The translations under genes were made by a program, and so were the position numbers. Below the pieces are notes generated by a model, which was not told the DNA's origin, made no database searches, and saw nothing but the letters and a program-made list of their open reading frames with translations. This document shows, piece after piece, positions 17,217-27,363 of a DNA stretch of 64,000 nucleotides. This stretch comes from Myxococcota bacterium (GTDB lineage Bacteria > Myxococcota_A > Bradymonadia > UBA7976 > UBA1532), in NCBI GenBank assembly GCA_036337435.1, contig JAYZEG010000001.1:132969-196968 (forward strand), read 5' to 3'. Positions within the stretch are counted from its first letter, which is position 1, and each line of letters starts with the position of its first letter.

Positions 17217-20200
17217 ATGCGGTCGAGGTGGCCCAGTCTCGGACGGTGTGGCAGCTACGAAAGCGCGTTGATGTGTCTGTTTTTCGGGCTCATGATTGGC
17301 ATGCTTCTCGGCTGTGACGAGCAACAGCCAGGCCCAGAGAGAGACGCACAGCCCGTTTGTTCGCCCAGCCCATGCAGCGATAGCGCACCTGGTGATGTTG
17401 ATAACATGATCGACCAGGGACGCAGACATGGTGAGCCATTAGATGCCTTCACCGATGGACGAGACGCGGGTCTCACGGGACCGGATGCCGACCCTGAATC
17501 TGGTGTGGCTGACGTTTGCGAAGCGATCCCACTCGAACCCGGCGACTCCCGTCTCGAGAATGCCAGCCGAATTGAGCAATTAGCGACCGGTGGACCGCTC
17601 GTTGACGGCGAGTGGTGGGTTGGCGACCTAGATGGTACGCCCGATGGACTCGGCGAGCTTTTGGTTATCCGAGGCGGTCGAGTCGAAGCACTGGAACTCA
17701 ACGGGCGACCCTGGTGGCGAACAGAAAACATCAACGCTGTCAGAATTGAGCGCATCACGGACTTAAATGGTGACGGGCGTCTCGAGATTGTGGTCGTGAC
17801 CGCACGGCGAGTTTACATCTTAGATGCATTGGACGGACATCCGCTGTGGGTCTTGCCGGACGAGAGTTTTGGAACGAACGCCCCCGTTCGAATCAGTCGA
17901 ATTCTCATCGATGATTTTACCGGTGATGAAATTCCAGACATTTATCTTGTCGACGGAGGCTGTAATGATGAAGGCAGCGGCCGGGGCGCAAGCTTTGAAT
18001 TTGCAAACGACGCTTTTGGTCGGCAGATTGCTCTGATTCAAGGCGATCGCGTCAACGGTCGTTGTGGACGCTGGCAGACGCTTATGGACGGCAATGGTGA
18101 CGGATTGAAAGATCTGTTAGTCACCGATGGCCGGGGTCTGAATCTCTTCGACTTGCGGACGGGTGATCGACTGAGTTGTGGTTCGATGTCAGGCGCCCCA
18201 CCCAATGGACCACTGCCTCATCTTTCAGCGGGCGAAAGTCGACAATTCGTCTTCGCGGAAAACCACATTCAGCTCCAAGAAGTCAGACCTGCTCAGGACA
18301 ATGAATGCGACGCACCGTACGAGTTTGAGACCCTCTTTCAGACGCCGAATTTAGAGGGCATACATCCGCCTGGCAGTGCCGTCATCTCTAATCCGAGACT
18401 CGGAGGAGACGCAATATTGACCTCGATATGGGATCATGGCCAGGAGCGATGGCGTGTCGAGATGTTCGGTTCACAAGGACAAGAAACACTCTATCAAAAT
18501 GGCATTCTCCTGGGGGTTATCGATTCGAATGCCACTGGGTTAAGTCTCTTGGTTCGACAAACGCCGACTCGAGAGATCGGCCAATACACGGGTCGATGTC
18601 TCGTCTTGGAATATGACCAAGAAGGACAACGTCAATCTGAGAGACCCTTGGGGTTTTGTGAACCGTTGCGAAGCCCTTCAGGTCCGAGCGCATCCCCCGA
18701 ATTCAGGCCACTGGCAACGGTTGACCATGGACAGTCCGCCTCCGTGGCCACTTTAAGTTGGCCCGACGATCAAGTGAGAGCAGTCTGGCCGGATACGATT
18801 CGAATTGGAGCCGTTGACGTCGCTCAACATATGGATTCCAAGGGGATCGCCTCGGCGTCGATCGTCCAGCCAGCGGTTGGCGACGACCAGCGTGTCATTC
18901 ACTACGCCTATTCCAGTGCCGACGGCCGTATCGGTTTTTTGGACCCGTCTATGAACTTGACACAACGGGATCTATTCGATGGGGGACCCGCACTCTATCT
19001 GGCAACAGGCCTGAGCAACGTATTTGAATTAAGTGGTGCACAGGGTTCTCGTCTGATCAGTCTCAGTGAAACCGGTGAGATGACTCGATTCGAGTACCAA
19101 AATGATCGGTTTGTTCGCATCTGGAGCCAATCGCTTGGAATGCCGAGCAGGGGCACCTTCAGTCTACAGCTCGATTCAACCGGAACGCCTCCATTGATTG
19201 TAACGCGCCATCCAAAGCTCGGTGAAGATGCCATCTCTGGGTTTAATGCAATCACTGGAGACCTGGTCTGGTCCCATTCAAGTCAGCACTTTGGGTTGAA
19301 AACAATGAGACAACACAAACTCATCACAAGCGAACTGAGTGATGCCCCTCTTGTTTTAAGGTACGATCGACAGCGACTCGAACGCGAGCTCGTTCCGGAT
19401 CCAACGTGTCCAGTCATTCACCAAAGTGAAAACCCGTCTCCGGACCCTGAATGCCCTGATGCGCCGGTGTTGATGCGGGTTGTCACAGCACTTAATGCAG
19501 CAGACGGCAACTGTGTTTGGCAGACGATCATCCGACCGACTTCATCATGCAGCGGTCCATCGAACCAATCACTCAGCCTCAATTACCCCCTCGCTTATAT
19601 TACAGAATCGACGGGTATCGTCGCGCTGGATGTTGACACAGGTGGACTCGTTACTCGGGCGGATCTTGGTCGATTAGACGGTGGCATTACTGGTCGCGGC
19701 GGTGGCAAAATTTCTGCAGGTCCGGCGGATGATGGGCTCTACAGGACAGGTGGAAATGGACCGCCCGAGAGGTTTGATCAAGCGCTCAATTTGACCTGGC
19801 GCGCTGCATCCATCGATGGTCTCCGAGGTCAATCTTGGCTCTATCGACAAGCCCTTGTGGTGGGTGCCCATCTCTGGGTCTCGCCTGGTTCTGGATGGCC
19901 TATCTTTCGCTACAACAGAGCCGATGGATCTGAACTAAACGTGCTTGCCTTGAGCAATGGAGCTGCCGTACCCAACCCCATGAACGGTGCCCATTACGAG
20001 GACATTCAAACTATGCAACTACAGTCCGATATCGATGGAGTAGGGACACCCGGAGTTTTGGTGACCACCGATGGAGGATTTCTTTACGGCATAACACATG
20101 ATGCCACGGTTGCTTGGTCACGAACGTTCGAATCAGAGTTGGGACGCCCCATCGTCATGGAGCGGCCGGACCCCTCGCCAGTGCGTCTGGCGATCCCCGT

Positions 20201-20918
20201 CGGTCTTGGATATATCGACTTGCTTGGTCCATCGGGGCCGACGCCACCGAGACTCGTCTGGGACATTGCGTGTCCCTTGAGTCCCGAGTGCGATGACTCA
20301 CCGGACATAGATCAATCAATGGATTCAAAATCCGTTTGCGGACGCTGGAGTCGAGTCGATGGCGTTGACGGCTACGAATACAGAGTCATGGGTGCTGGGG
20401 CAGTCCCGCTTACGGGTTGGACGGATGCAGGCCTTCGAGGAGAATTCAGCGCCTCAGCTCAACAGCTTAGAGTGCGAGCATTTTACCAGATTCAAGTTCG
20501 GAGCTATGTTTTTAACGCCGGGCGAAAACAGGTGTCCAGACCTGCCATGAGCGATGGTGTGAGGGTGATAAATCGGTCGGCACCGGACGTACATCTTCGT
20601 GTCACAGACACCCAATTAGATACAAACGTCGGTGTCCAAGTGGCCATCGAATTGACAGCGCAGGATGATGATGCACTTGCTGGCTGGAGGCTTGACGTTG
20701 TATCTCTTGATGACGGTGACCATGTAAAACGACTCGGAGGGGGCCCCTTGAATCAAGCGGATTTTAGTCAAACTCGTGATTGGTTTGGTACGGATCAATT
20801 TGGCCGACGTGTACTGCCTGGTCGCTATCGGGCCGAGTTTAGCGTCGTCGACCGCAGTAACAATGAAGCATCTGCCGTAAGTCCCATCATTGAAATTTGC
20901 TCTGGAGACTGTCCATGA
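17217..20918 (+). CDS. large lipoprotein with FG-GAP/PQQ-like beta-propellers and C-terminal FN3- and FlgD-Ig-like domains
   Basis: Lipobox MLLG|C. Ca-binding DxxGDG repeats (DLNGDGRLEIV, DFTGDEIPDI, DGNGDGLKDL). PQQ-like motifs (ALDVDTG, AITGDLVW). C-terminal WFGTDQFGRRVLPGRY. The start is placed after a GAGGAG RBS. Confidence 0.7.
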   Translation: MRSRWPSLGRCGSYESALMCLFFGLMIGMLLGCDEQQPGPERDAQPVCSPSPCSDSAPGDVDNMIDQGRRHGEPLDAFTDGRDAGLTGPDADPESGVADVCEAIPLEPGDSRLENASRIEQLATGGPLVDGEWWVGDLDGTPDGLGELLVIRGGRVEALELNGRPWWRTENINAVRIERITDLNGDGRLEIVVVTARRVYILDALDGHPLWVLPDESFGTNAPVRISRILIDDFTGDEIPDIYLVDGGCNDEGSGRGASFEFANDAFGRQIALIQGDRVNGRCGRWQTLMDGNGDGLKDLLVTDGRGLNLFDLRTGDRLSCGSMSGAPPNGPLPHLSAGESRQFVFAENHIQLQEVRPAQDNECDAPYEFETLFQTPNLEGIHPPGSAVISNPRLGGDAILTSIWDHGQERWRVEMFGSQGQETLYQNGILLGVIDSNATGLSLLVRQTPTREIGQYTGRCLVLEYDQEGQRQSERPLGFCEPLRSPSGPSASPEFRPLATVDHGQSASVATLSWPDDQVRAVWPDTIRIGAVDVAQHMDSKGIASASIVQPAVGDDQRVIHYAYSSADGRIGFLDPSMNLTQRDLFDGGPALYLATGLSNVFELSGAQGSRLISLSETGEMTRFEYQNDRFVRIWSQSLGMPSRGTFSLQLDSTGTPPLIVTRHPKLGEDAISGFNAITGDLVWSHSSQHFGLKTMRQHKLITSELSDAPLVLRYDRQRLERELVPDPTCPVIHQSENPSPDPECPDAPVLMRVVTALNAADGNCVWQTIIRPTSSCSGPSNQSLSLNYPLAYITESTGIVALDVDTGGLVTRADLGRLDGGITGRGGGKISAGPADDGLYRTGGNGPPERFDQALNLTWRAASIDGLRGQSWLYRQALVVGAHLWVSPGSGWPIFRYNRADGSELNVLALSNGAAVPNPMNGAHYEDIQTMQLQSDIDGVGTPGVLVTTDGGFLYGITHDATVAWSRTFESELGRPIVMERPDPSPVRLAIPVGLGYIDLLGPSGPTPPRLVWDIACPLSPECDDSPDIDQSMDSKSVCGRWSRVDGVDGYEYRVMGAGAVPLTGWTDAGLRGEFSASAQQLRVRAFYQIQVRSYVFNAGRKQVSRPAMSDGVRVINRSAPDVHLRVTDTQLDTNVGVQVAIELTAQDDDALAGWRLDVVSLDDGDHVKRLGGGPLNQADFSQTRDWFGTDQFGRRVLPGRYRAEFSVVDRSNNEASAVSPIIEICSGDCP

Positions 20919-21262
20919 ATATCAAACTGAGAGACCAGGGACCGATCGCCATCAGTCAAAACGACGATTGTCTCGATGAAGATGCCTGTCGACCCCTGCT
21001 AGACCAATTGTCAGACCACTGGTCTATCAATGGCGACAATCGTCTAAACGCCGTCTTTCTCTTCGAGAATTTTGACTCGGCATTGGCCTTCCTAAACCAG
21101 GTGGGTGCCAAAGCAGAAGTCCATCAACACCACCCCGATTGTCTGCTTTCATGGGGCCGTCTCGAGGTGTCGCTCTGGACGCATGATTTGGGTGGGTTGC
21201 ATTTGGCCGATTTCAGCCTAGCCGCCCAAATCGATATCCTTTGGGACCAATTGAAGCGCTGA
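20915..21262 (+). CDS. phhB: pterin-4-alpha-carbinolamine dehydratase
   Basis: F.F.NF.SALAFLN.VG..AE...HHPD...WG...V.LWTHD.GGL..ADF.LAAQID. ATGA overlap with the upstream gene. Confidence 0.9.
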   Translation: MNIKLRDQGPIAISQNDDCLDEDACRPLLDQLSDHWSINGDNRLNAVFLFENFDSALAFLNQVGAKAEVHQHHPDCLLSWGRLEVSLWTHDLGGLHLADFSLAAQIDILWDQLKR

Positions 21263-21270
21263 ATCGGCCA

Positions 21271-22248
21271 TCATTTTGACCGAAGCCATGTGATCACCTG
21301 AGCACCTAAACCTAACGTCTGTCCAATGTCTAAGTTCAGTGACTTTGGGAAACCAACATGGCCACCTTCATCACTAATCTTGATGGTCACATAGTCGGTT
21401 TGCGAGCACATGATCGCTGCTTCAACAGGCACCATTGGGTCATAGGTTGTGGCGATGATAAGCGCAGGTTTTTTGAGTTTCGCTAGGTGGGGCCCAACGG
21501 AACATCGTTCATAGTAATCAGACGCATCCCGATAGCCGAATCGGGGTGCGATAACCAAATCATCCCATTGATAAATCGTCTTGATTTGATTTAGACAATC
21601 CAAGTCAATATTCAGTTCATAACCGAGATTATCCGCCCGCTTCTTAGCGGCACGCACCGTCCGTTTCAAGCCTTTCAGACAATGACTTCGATAGACATTG
21701 ATCGTCGGTGAATCCAACACCGTCTGGCACTGTTTTAAGTCCAACGGTGGGCAAATCGCAACCACACCTGCGATGCACCGCTCCAATTTGAGTGCTGCCC
21801 AAAGAGAGACGTGTCCACCCAATGAAAACCCGATCAAATATCGACGCCCATACCGAGCCATTTCTGGGTCAGATAGAGCCGTTCTGACATCGTCAATGAA
21901 CGCCGCATTGTAGAAGTCGGGCGCTCTCTGGTCGGCTCCTCGCAGGGCCAGCCGTAAAACACTGATGCCCGCGTCAATGCAATGGAATGCCATTTGCTCG
22001 ACATAGCTGGCGTCGGGTCCAGATCCCAGTCCGTGGATGACGATAGCGAGCTCATTAGCACCGGCGACTGGGTGATAGATACCACTGGCAAAAACCTCGT
22101 CCATCGATGCCTGTTGGTCTGCCCGGCACCAGGCGGTTCCAAAAGGCAATTGGGGTTGCTTTAACAGACCTGACACGTGGGGATAAAGAGTCCAGAAGTG
22201 GCTGTAGAATCGACGCGATTTAAACCGATAATCCATTGAGCTTGTCAT
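21271..22248 (-). CDS. YheT/ABHD-family alpha/beta hydrolase
   Basis: HGLGSG, nucleophile GFSLGG, YDPMVP (Asp), GGHVGF (His), WDD..IAPRFGYRDASDYY. Confidence 0.88.
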   Translation of the reverse strand: MTSSMDYRFKSRRFYSHFWTLYPHVSGLLKQPQLPFGTAWCRADQQASMDEVFASGIYHPVAGANELAIVIHGLGSGPDASYVEQMAFHCIDAGISVLRLALRGADQRAPDFYNAAFIDDVRTALSDPEMARYGRRYLIGFSLGGHVSLWAALKLERCIAGVVAICPPLDLKQCQTVLDSPTINVYRSHCLKGLKRTVRAAKKRADNLGYELNIDLDCLNQIKTIYQWDDLVIAPRFGYRDASDYYERCSVGPHLAKLKKPALIIATTYDPMVPVEAAIMCSQTDYVTIKISDEGGHVGFPKSLNLDIGQTLGLGAQVITWLRSK

Positions 22249-22412
22249 TTAATTAATCAAAATAGTCCTAGCCAAATAGCAAGATTTCACATCGGTTTTC
22301 CATGGGTCAAATAAAGACGCTGCGTCCGACGAAAAAAAATAATTGGGTCGGACCCCTTTACGTGCGTACGCAAGATGATATCTATGGGCGTGAATAACGG
22401 AGGAAAGCGCGT

Positions 22413-23069
22413 ATGGGCACTCATAACCTGCAAGAAATGTTCATCGGAATCGCCGGCTTAATCGGCGCGGGCAAAACAACATTGGCGACGGCTTTGGGTC
22501 AACACCTCAACCTGCCGGTGTATTACGAACCCGTACAAGACAATGAGTACCTTGCGGACTTTTATCGAGACACAAAGACCTATGCGTTCGCAACTCAGAT
22601 TTATTTACTCAATCGACGCTTTCAACAGCATCAAGAAGTGATCTGGCGCGGGGGCGGCGGCGTCCAGGACAGAACAATCTATGAGGATGCTGTTTTTGCG
22701 AAAACTTTGGTCAATCAGGGACTTATGGACGATAGAGACTACAGAACCTATCTGCAGCTCTTCAAAAACATGAGTAATTTCATGTGTCGGCCCAATGTCA
22801 TCATCTACCTCGATTTAAGCCCGGAATCGTCCATGAACCGAATTAAAGAACGCTCGCGCGACGTGGAGAAAGGGATCCCATTGGAATATCTCACACAGCT
22901 CCGAAATGAGTACGAGCTTTTCATCGATGACATTTCACGGACGGTGCCCGTAATCAGAGTCGAGTGGGAACAATATCGAACTGTAGAAGAGATGGTTGAA
23001 GTCATCGAACACGAGTACTTCAATAAGAGTTTTCTTCGCAGCGCCCAATGGCGACCGAGCGCATCATAG
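22413..23069 (+). CDS. deoxynucleoside kinase
   Basis: P-loop GLIGAGKTT, EPV, QIYLL..RF, QDRTIYED..F, RI.ERSR.VE. GGAGG RBS. Confidence 0.92.
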   Translation: MGTHNLQEMFIGIAGLIGAGKTTLATALGQHLNLPVYYEPVQDNEYLADFYRDTKTYAFATQIYLLNRRFQQHQEVIWRGGGGVQDRTIYEDAVFAKTLVNQGLMDDRDYRTYLQLFKNMSNFMCRPNVIIYLDLSPESSMNRIKERSRDVEKGIPLEYLTQLRNEYELFIDDISRTVPVIRVEWEQYRTVEEMVEVIEHEYFNKSFLRSAQWRPSAS

Positions 23070-23732
23070 ATGGGTGATCAAGAGTCTAGAGCAGGCACCA
23101 GCTATTCCACCAAGGCCATTTGCAGCTATTGCGATAAAGTCCATGCACCACAGGGGCCAGCACTGCAATCAGCGTTCGATGCACCGAATGCCAACGCAAT
23201 GCCTGAGATTATGGTCGGTCAGTCAGAAGCGCGATTTCTGAGCCTCCTGGTTCAACTCACCGGCGCAGAGAAAATCGTCGAGGTAGGGACTCTCGCAGGG
23301 TATTCAGCCATTAGCATGGCCCAGAGCATGAGTTCCAATGGGCATCTCTGGAGTATTGAGAATGAGCCAAGACACGCAGACGTTGCGCGACGCCACATTG
23401 CCGAAGCCGGGTTGAGTGAGCGTATCACAGTGATTTGCGCAGATGGCCTCGATGGACTTGCTCAGGTCGTCCAGCACGGCCCATTCGATATGGTCTTTCT
23501 CGACGCTGACAAAGAGCGTTATGACCAGTATCAAGCCTGGGCGGAAACACACCTGAGATTCGGTGGGGTGCTGTTGGCAGACAATGCCTATTATTTCGGG
23601 CAATTACTCGATGAGACAGAGGATGCGGCAGCCGTCAGACGCATGCACGAGCAAACGAGTCTGAAATTTGACTCAGTCTGTATCCCGACGCCCGATGGGC
23701 TGGTGATGGGCCTAAAAACACGACAAGATTGA
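23070..23732 (+). CDS. class I O-methyltransferase (caffeoyl-CoA OMT/TrmR-like)
   Basis: VEVGTLAGYSA, FDMVFLDADK, LLADN, DGL. Confidence 0.9.
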   Translation: MGDQESRAGTSYSTKAICSYCDKVHAPQGPALQSAFDAPNANAMPEIMVGQSEARFLSLLVQLTGAEKIVEVGTLAGYSAISMAQSMSSNGHLWSIENEPRHADVARRHIAEAGLSERITVICADGLDGLAQVVQHGPFDMVFLDADKERYDQYQAWAETHLRFGGVLLADNAYYFGQLLDETEDAAAVRRMHEQTSLKFDSVCIPTPDGLVMGLKTRQD

Positions 23733-23737
23733 CGGCA

Positions 23738-25006
23738 CTAAGACGCTGATTTCGCATAGACCCTGCGCCCTCGGATGAAAGTCGCATCAACACCGCTTCG
23801 GTCGTGCTGAAAAATCAGTGAATCAAAGAGCCTGTCTGGCCCGAGTGCACCATGAGCACATTGCACAGCAATGAAATCAGCCTCATATCCGACTTCGATT
23901 CGAGCGGTGCGGTCGCCCATACCGAGTACCTTCGCGCCACCTCGGCTCGCGTACCAAAGAAGGGCTTCAGCCGTCACCTTTGATTCAGTCAACAGAGCTG
24001 TGTCGTATGCGCTTGCTGCAATCCGACGTAATGAAAAAGTCCGACCCGCCCCCACATCAGTCCCAAGTCCCCATTCAATGTGGCGGGATTGAAGCTTGTG
24101 AAGGGGCATCTGGCCACTGCCTAGAAAGAAATTACTGTCCGGACAATGGCTCACACTACACCCCGACCGGGCAAGCATATCCCACTCGTCGTCAGACAAA
24201 TGAATGCAGTGGGCGAGAATTGACCGACCGTCTAGCAGGCCCGCCTGAGCGTACACGTCGAGATAACTTTTATGGCCCGGAAAAAGGGAAAGGACAGTGT
24301 CTATCTCTTGCTGATTTTCAGAGATATGTGTTTGAACCGGCAAATTGAGGTCATGTGCGAGCTTGGCCGCGCCCCTCAATAATTTCGGCGTGCATGAAAT
24401 TGCAAAGCGGGGCGTAACGCAAAACTCAAGACGCCCGTCATCATAGCCATGCCACTGTTCAGCGAGTTCTCGAGCCGCTCCAAGAGCACTGTCTGCCTCT
24501 AAGATGACATTTTGAGGTGCCATCCGGTCCATAAGAGTCAACCCAACCAACCCCCTAAGGCCGACCCGCGCCATGGCCTCGAACAGCGTCTGTGTCGCAT
24601 GGGCATTGCTGCTGCTGTACACCGCCGCCGCGACCGTCCCCTTGCAGAGCATGGACTGACAAAACTCATCGGCGACCGTCCGCGCATAGTGGGCGTCAAC
24701 GAATCGTGCTTCCTCAGGAAATATGGTTTCTTCAAGCCACTGGAGAAGTGGCCCCGAAGCACTACCAACCACTCGACTTTGTGGAAAATGAAGGTGCGTA
24801 TCAACAAAACCGGGCATCCAGACGCATCCGGGTCTTGTTTCGGGAATCTCAGACGAATTCGCTGCCTCTTCGACCGACGAGATTCGTCCGGAGTCATCGA
24901 TCGCAATCAATGCATCCGGAACAATCTTAAACCCTGGCTGGTCAAGCAATGGAATGAGGACAGTCCCACGGATTTGCCTCAACTGGATTGGTAAAGCAAT
25001 TGTCAC
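23738..25006 (-). CDS. guaD: guanine deaminase (amidohydrolase)
   Basis: PGFVDTHLHFPQ, LLQWLE..IFPEEARF, TPRFAISCT, QTHISEN, LAHCIHL, HCPDSN, GTDVGAG. The start is estimated at GTG 25006. Confidence 0.9.
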   Translation of the reverse strand: MTIALPIQLRQIRGTVLIPLLDQPGFKIVPDALIAIDDSGRISSVEEAANSSEIPETRPGCVWMPGFVDTHLHFPQSRVVGSASGPLLQWLEETIFPEEARFVDAHYARTVADEFCQSMLCKGTVAAAVYSSSNAHATQTLFEAMARVGLRGLVGLTLMDRMAPQNVILEADSALGAARELAEQWHGYDDGRLEFCVTPRFAISCTPKLLRGAAKLAHDLNLPVQTHISENQQEIDTVLSLFPGHKSYLDVYAQAGLLDGRSILAHCIHLSDDEWDMLARSGCSVSHCPDSNFFLGSGQMPLHKLQSRHIEWGLGTDVGAGRTFSLRRIAASAYDTALLTESKVTAEALLWYASRGGAKVLGMGDRTARIEVGYEADFIAVQCAHGALGPDRLFDSLIFQHDRSGVDATFIRGRRVYAKSAS

Positions 25007-25152
25007 TGAAAGATTCCCAGACTGCCTCTTTGTCTGTATGGTGTACTGAGTGGAGGTCGGGGTCCAGAAAAGCACGCCCAATTTGAGCAAAAATTTAAAT
25101 CTGATGTGGGAATAATGCGTCACGAGTCGATCAGAGTTATGGTGTAACTGTT

Positions 25153-27261
25153 TTGTGGATTTGCCCAGAGTGCCGGTTCGTCTATCGCGAGTGCGTGAAA
25201 ACATGCGAGCGTGATGGATTTCCTGTCGTCGAAGTGAAGGCGCAGAGTGGACGAGCGCGCTATCCGCTGCTTGAGCGCGTCATCGACAACCGATATCAAA
25301 TCATCGGAGGCTTAGGTCAAGGTGGGTTAGGAACGGTCTATCTGGCGCGGCATCTCCATCTTGATCAATTGTTTGCCGTTAAATTTCTGGACCTCGAAAA
25401 TGTCGGCATTGACGTCGATAAGGGCACCATAAAGGAATACCAAAACGATTTCATCAAGGAGGCCCGGGTAGCCGCTTTCCTCAGACATGATGCCGTGGTG
25501 AAAGTGAGTGACTTCGGGGAATACGAAAAACTCCCATACCTGGTCATGGACTATGTGCCCGGTCCGTCGCTGCTTGCGATGATTACGGAACGAAGCCGAT
25601 TTAGCATGGCTGAGGCTGTTAATATTGGTCGACAGATCGCGGAAGCGCTCAGCGCGTTTCATGAACGTAAACTCGTCCATCGGGACCTCAAACCGGCAAA
25701 CGTGATCATGGATCCGAGGGGCAATGGTAAGCTGACCCTAGTCGACCTAGGCCTCGTGAAAGATGTAAGTGGACCGGCCGGACGTCTGTCTACCCACCCC
25801 ATGGCACTCCGTGGAACACCTGGCTATCTTGCCCCAGAACAAGTGCCATCCTGGGTCCTTTCAGGTCAGGGTATCGATTTACCAGGCGGGAAAAAAGTCG
25901 TCGATGCACGGGCTGATATCTATGCCCTCGGCGTCATCTTCTATGAGATGCTCGCCGGTGTCTCGCCCTATCCAGATGGGTCCAACACAGCCATCATTGT
26001 CTATGCATGCACACGCCCACCCCTACCGTTATCTGGCGTTGAGCCAGCTGTTCGGGTCACGGCTGGTCTGGAATCTTTAATCTATCGGTGTATGTCTCGT
26101 AACCCCGATGAAAGGCCAGCGGATGCAGCGGCTTTTATCAGGGAATTAGACGCGTTGAATGCGGCTCCCATCGACAAACGGTCTTGGCCTGTCATGCTGC
26201 CCAACTCGGCGGGCGCGACCGTCCCTAAGCCAATCATTTCTCGCCACAAGGCGGGCATGCCTACAGCATTTAATGACCCACGGCGTCAAGAAACACGAGC
26301 CTACGGTTCACAAGACATGCACACGGATGCTGTCGACGCCCTCGACCTCGAGGGCGAGCTTACTGGCCACCAAGCGGCATTTACAGGCGGCGATGACGCG
26401 ACGATGGAGTACAACACAGAAGACTCGATCGATTCCTTATTAGACGACGCCAACACAGGCATCGGTTCGGCCAATGCAACCCACACATTCGATGGCAGCA
26501 TCGATTATATGATGACCCGGGTTGAAACGCTCGACCCGCCAGACAATGGCTCGCAATCACGCAAACCAAATGCCCGATTGGACGAGGTCAGCTTATCGCC
26601 ACAAAAGCCGGCGCAATCAGGACAAAAATGGCTTTTCCTTGTCTTGCCACTGGTTGCTTTGGTGGCTGGCACCATCGTGTGGTCAATTCGCACCGGCGAC
26701 CGCGGACCATCCAAAGGCATCATTGAAGATCAGACAACCGTACCTGCTTCAGACCGGCCAAGACCGACACGATTTAAGATTCCAGAGACCACCGTCAAGG
26801 TAAACCCGAGTCCCGACGCACCACCTCAAGACATCGCGGCACCGACACCCGTGCTAAAAACCGAGGATATCAGTCCACCAAAGACGACTCGGCAAATCCC
26901 CGACCCAAAGAAAACGGAACACATCACGAGACGAACGGCTCGGCCGAATCCTGACATACCGACCCAACCGCAAACGCCCGTGCAACAAGTGGAATCGAAA
27001 CCAAAGAAAGCCAAACCGGTAAAGGCGAAAAAACCTCCGGCGCGCGCGAAGAAGACAAAATCTCGCTCAGAGCCCGGCCGGGGGCGGCTGACAGAGCAGA
27101 TGCTGCAGCGCTTCGCAAGCAAGGGGAATGCCGCTTTGAGAGCGGGACGATTTGCTGAAGCGGCTAAAGAATATTCTCGTTGGCTGAGTGCCGCGCCTCG
27201 TAATCATCCACAGCGAGCGAGTATCCAGGGCAGACTGATCCATTGCAAGAATCAGAGATAA
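25153..27261 (+). CDS. membrane-anchored Ser/Thr protein kinase with N-terminal zinc ribbon and C-terminal TPR-like helix pair
   Basis: CPEC...CERDG, GQGGLGTVY, AVK, HRDLKPAN, DLG, GTPGYLAPE, DIYALG. One TM helix, a Pro/Lys-rich stalk, and TPR-like GNAALRAGRFAEAAKEY. Confidence 0.9.
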   Translation: MWICPECRFVYRECVKTCERDGFPVVEVKAQSGRARYPLLERVIDNRYQIIGGLGQGGLGTVYLARHLHLDQLFAVKFLDLENVGIDVDKGTIKEYQNDFIKEARVAAFLRHDAVVKVSDFGEYEKLPYLVMDYVPGPSLLAMITERSRFSMAEAVNIGRQIAEALSAFHERKLVHRDLKPANVIMDPRGNGKLTLVDLGLVKDVSGPAGRLSTHPMALRGTPGYLAPEQVPSWVLSGQGIDLPGGKKVVDARADIYALGVIFYEMLAGVSPYPDGSNTAIIVYACTRPPLPLSGVEPAVRVTAGLESLIYRCMSRNPDERPADAAAFIRELDALNAAPIDKRSWPVMLPNSAGATVPKPIISRHKAGMPTAFNDPRRQETRAYGSQDMHTDAVDALDLEGELTGHQAAFTGGDDATMEYNTEDSIDSLLDDANTGIGSANATHTFDGSIDYMMTRVETLDPPDNGSQSRKPNARLDEVSLSPQKPAQSGQKWLFLVLPLVALVAGTIVWSIRTGDRGPSKGIIEDQTTVPASDRPRPTRFKIPETTVKVNPSPDAPPQDIAAPTPVLKTEDISPPKTTRQIPDPKKTEHITRRTARPNPDIPTQPQTPVQQVESKPKKAKPVKAKKPPARAKKTKSRSEPGRGRLTEQMLQRFASKGNAALRAGRFAEAAKEYSRWLSAAPRNHPQRASIQGRLIHCKNQR

Positions 27262-27363
27262 CTTGGGTACACGCGATTCAACCTGCAATTACAACCAGGT
27301 AACTTTACGTTTTGATGCCATCGGGTTATGGATAGTTATCAATGACGCTCTAGAGTCTGTTTT

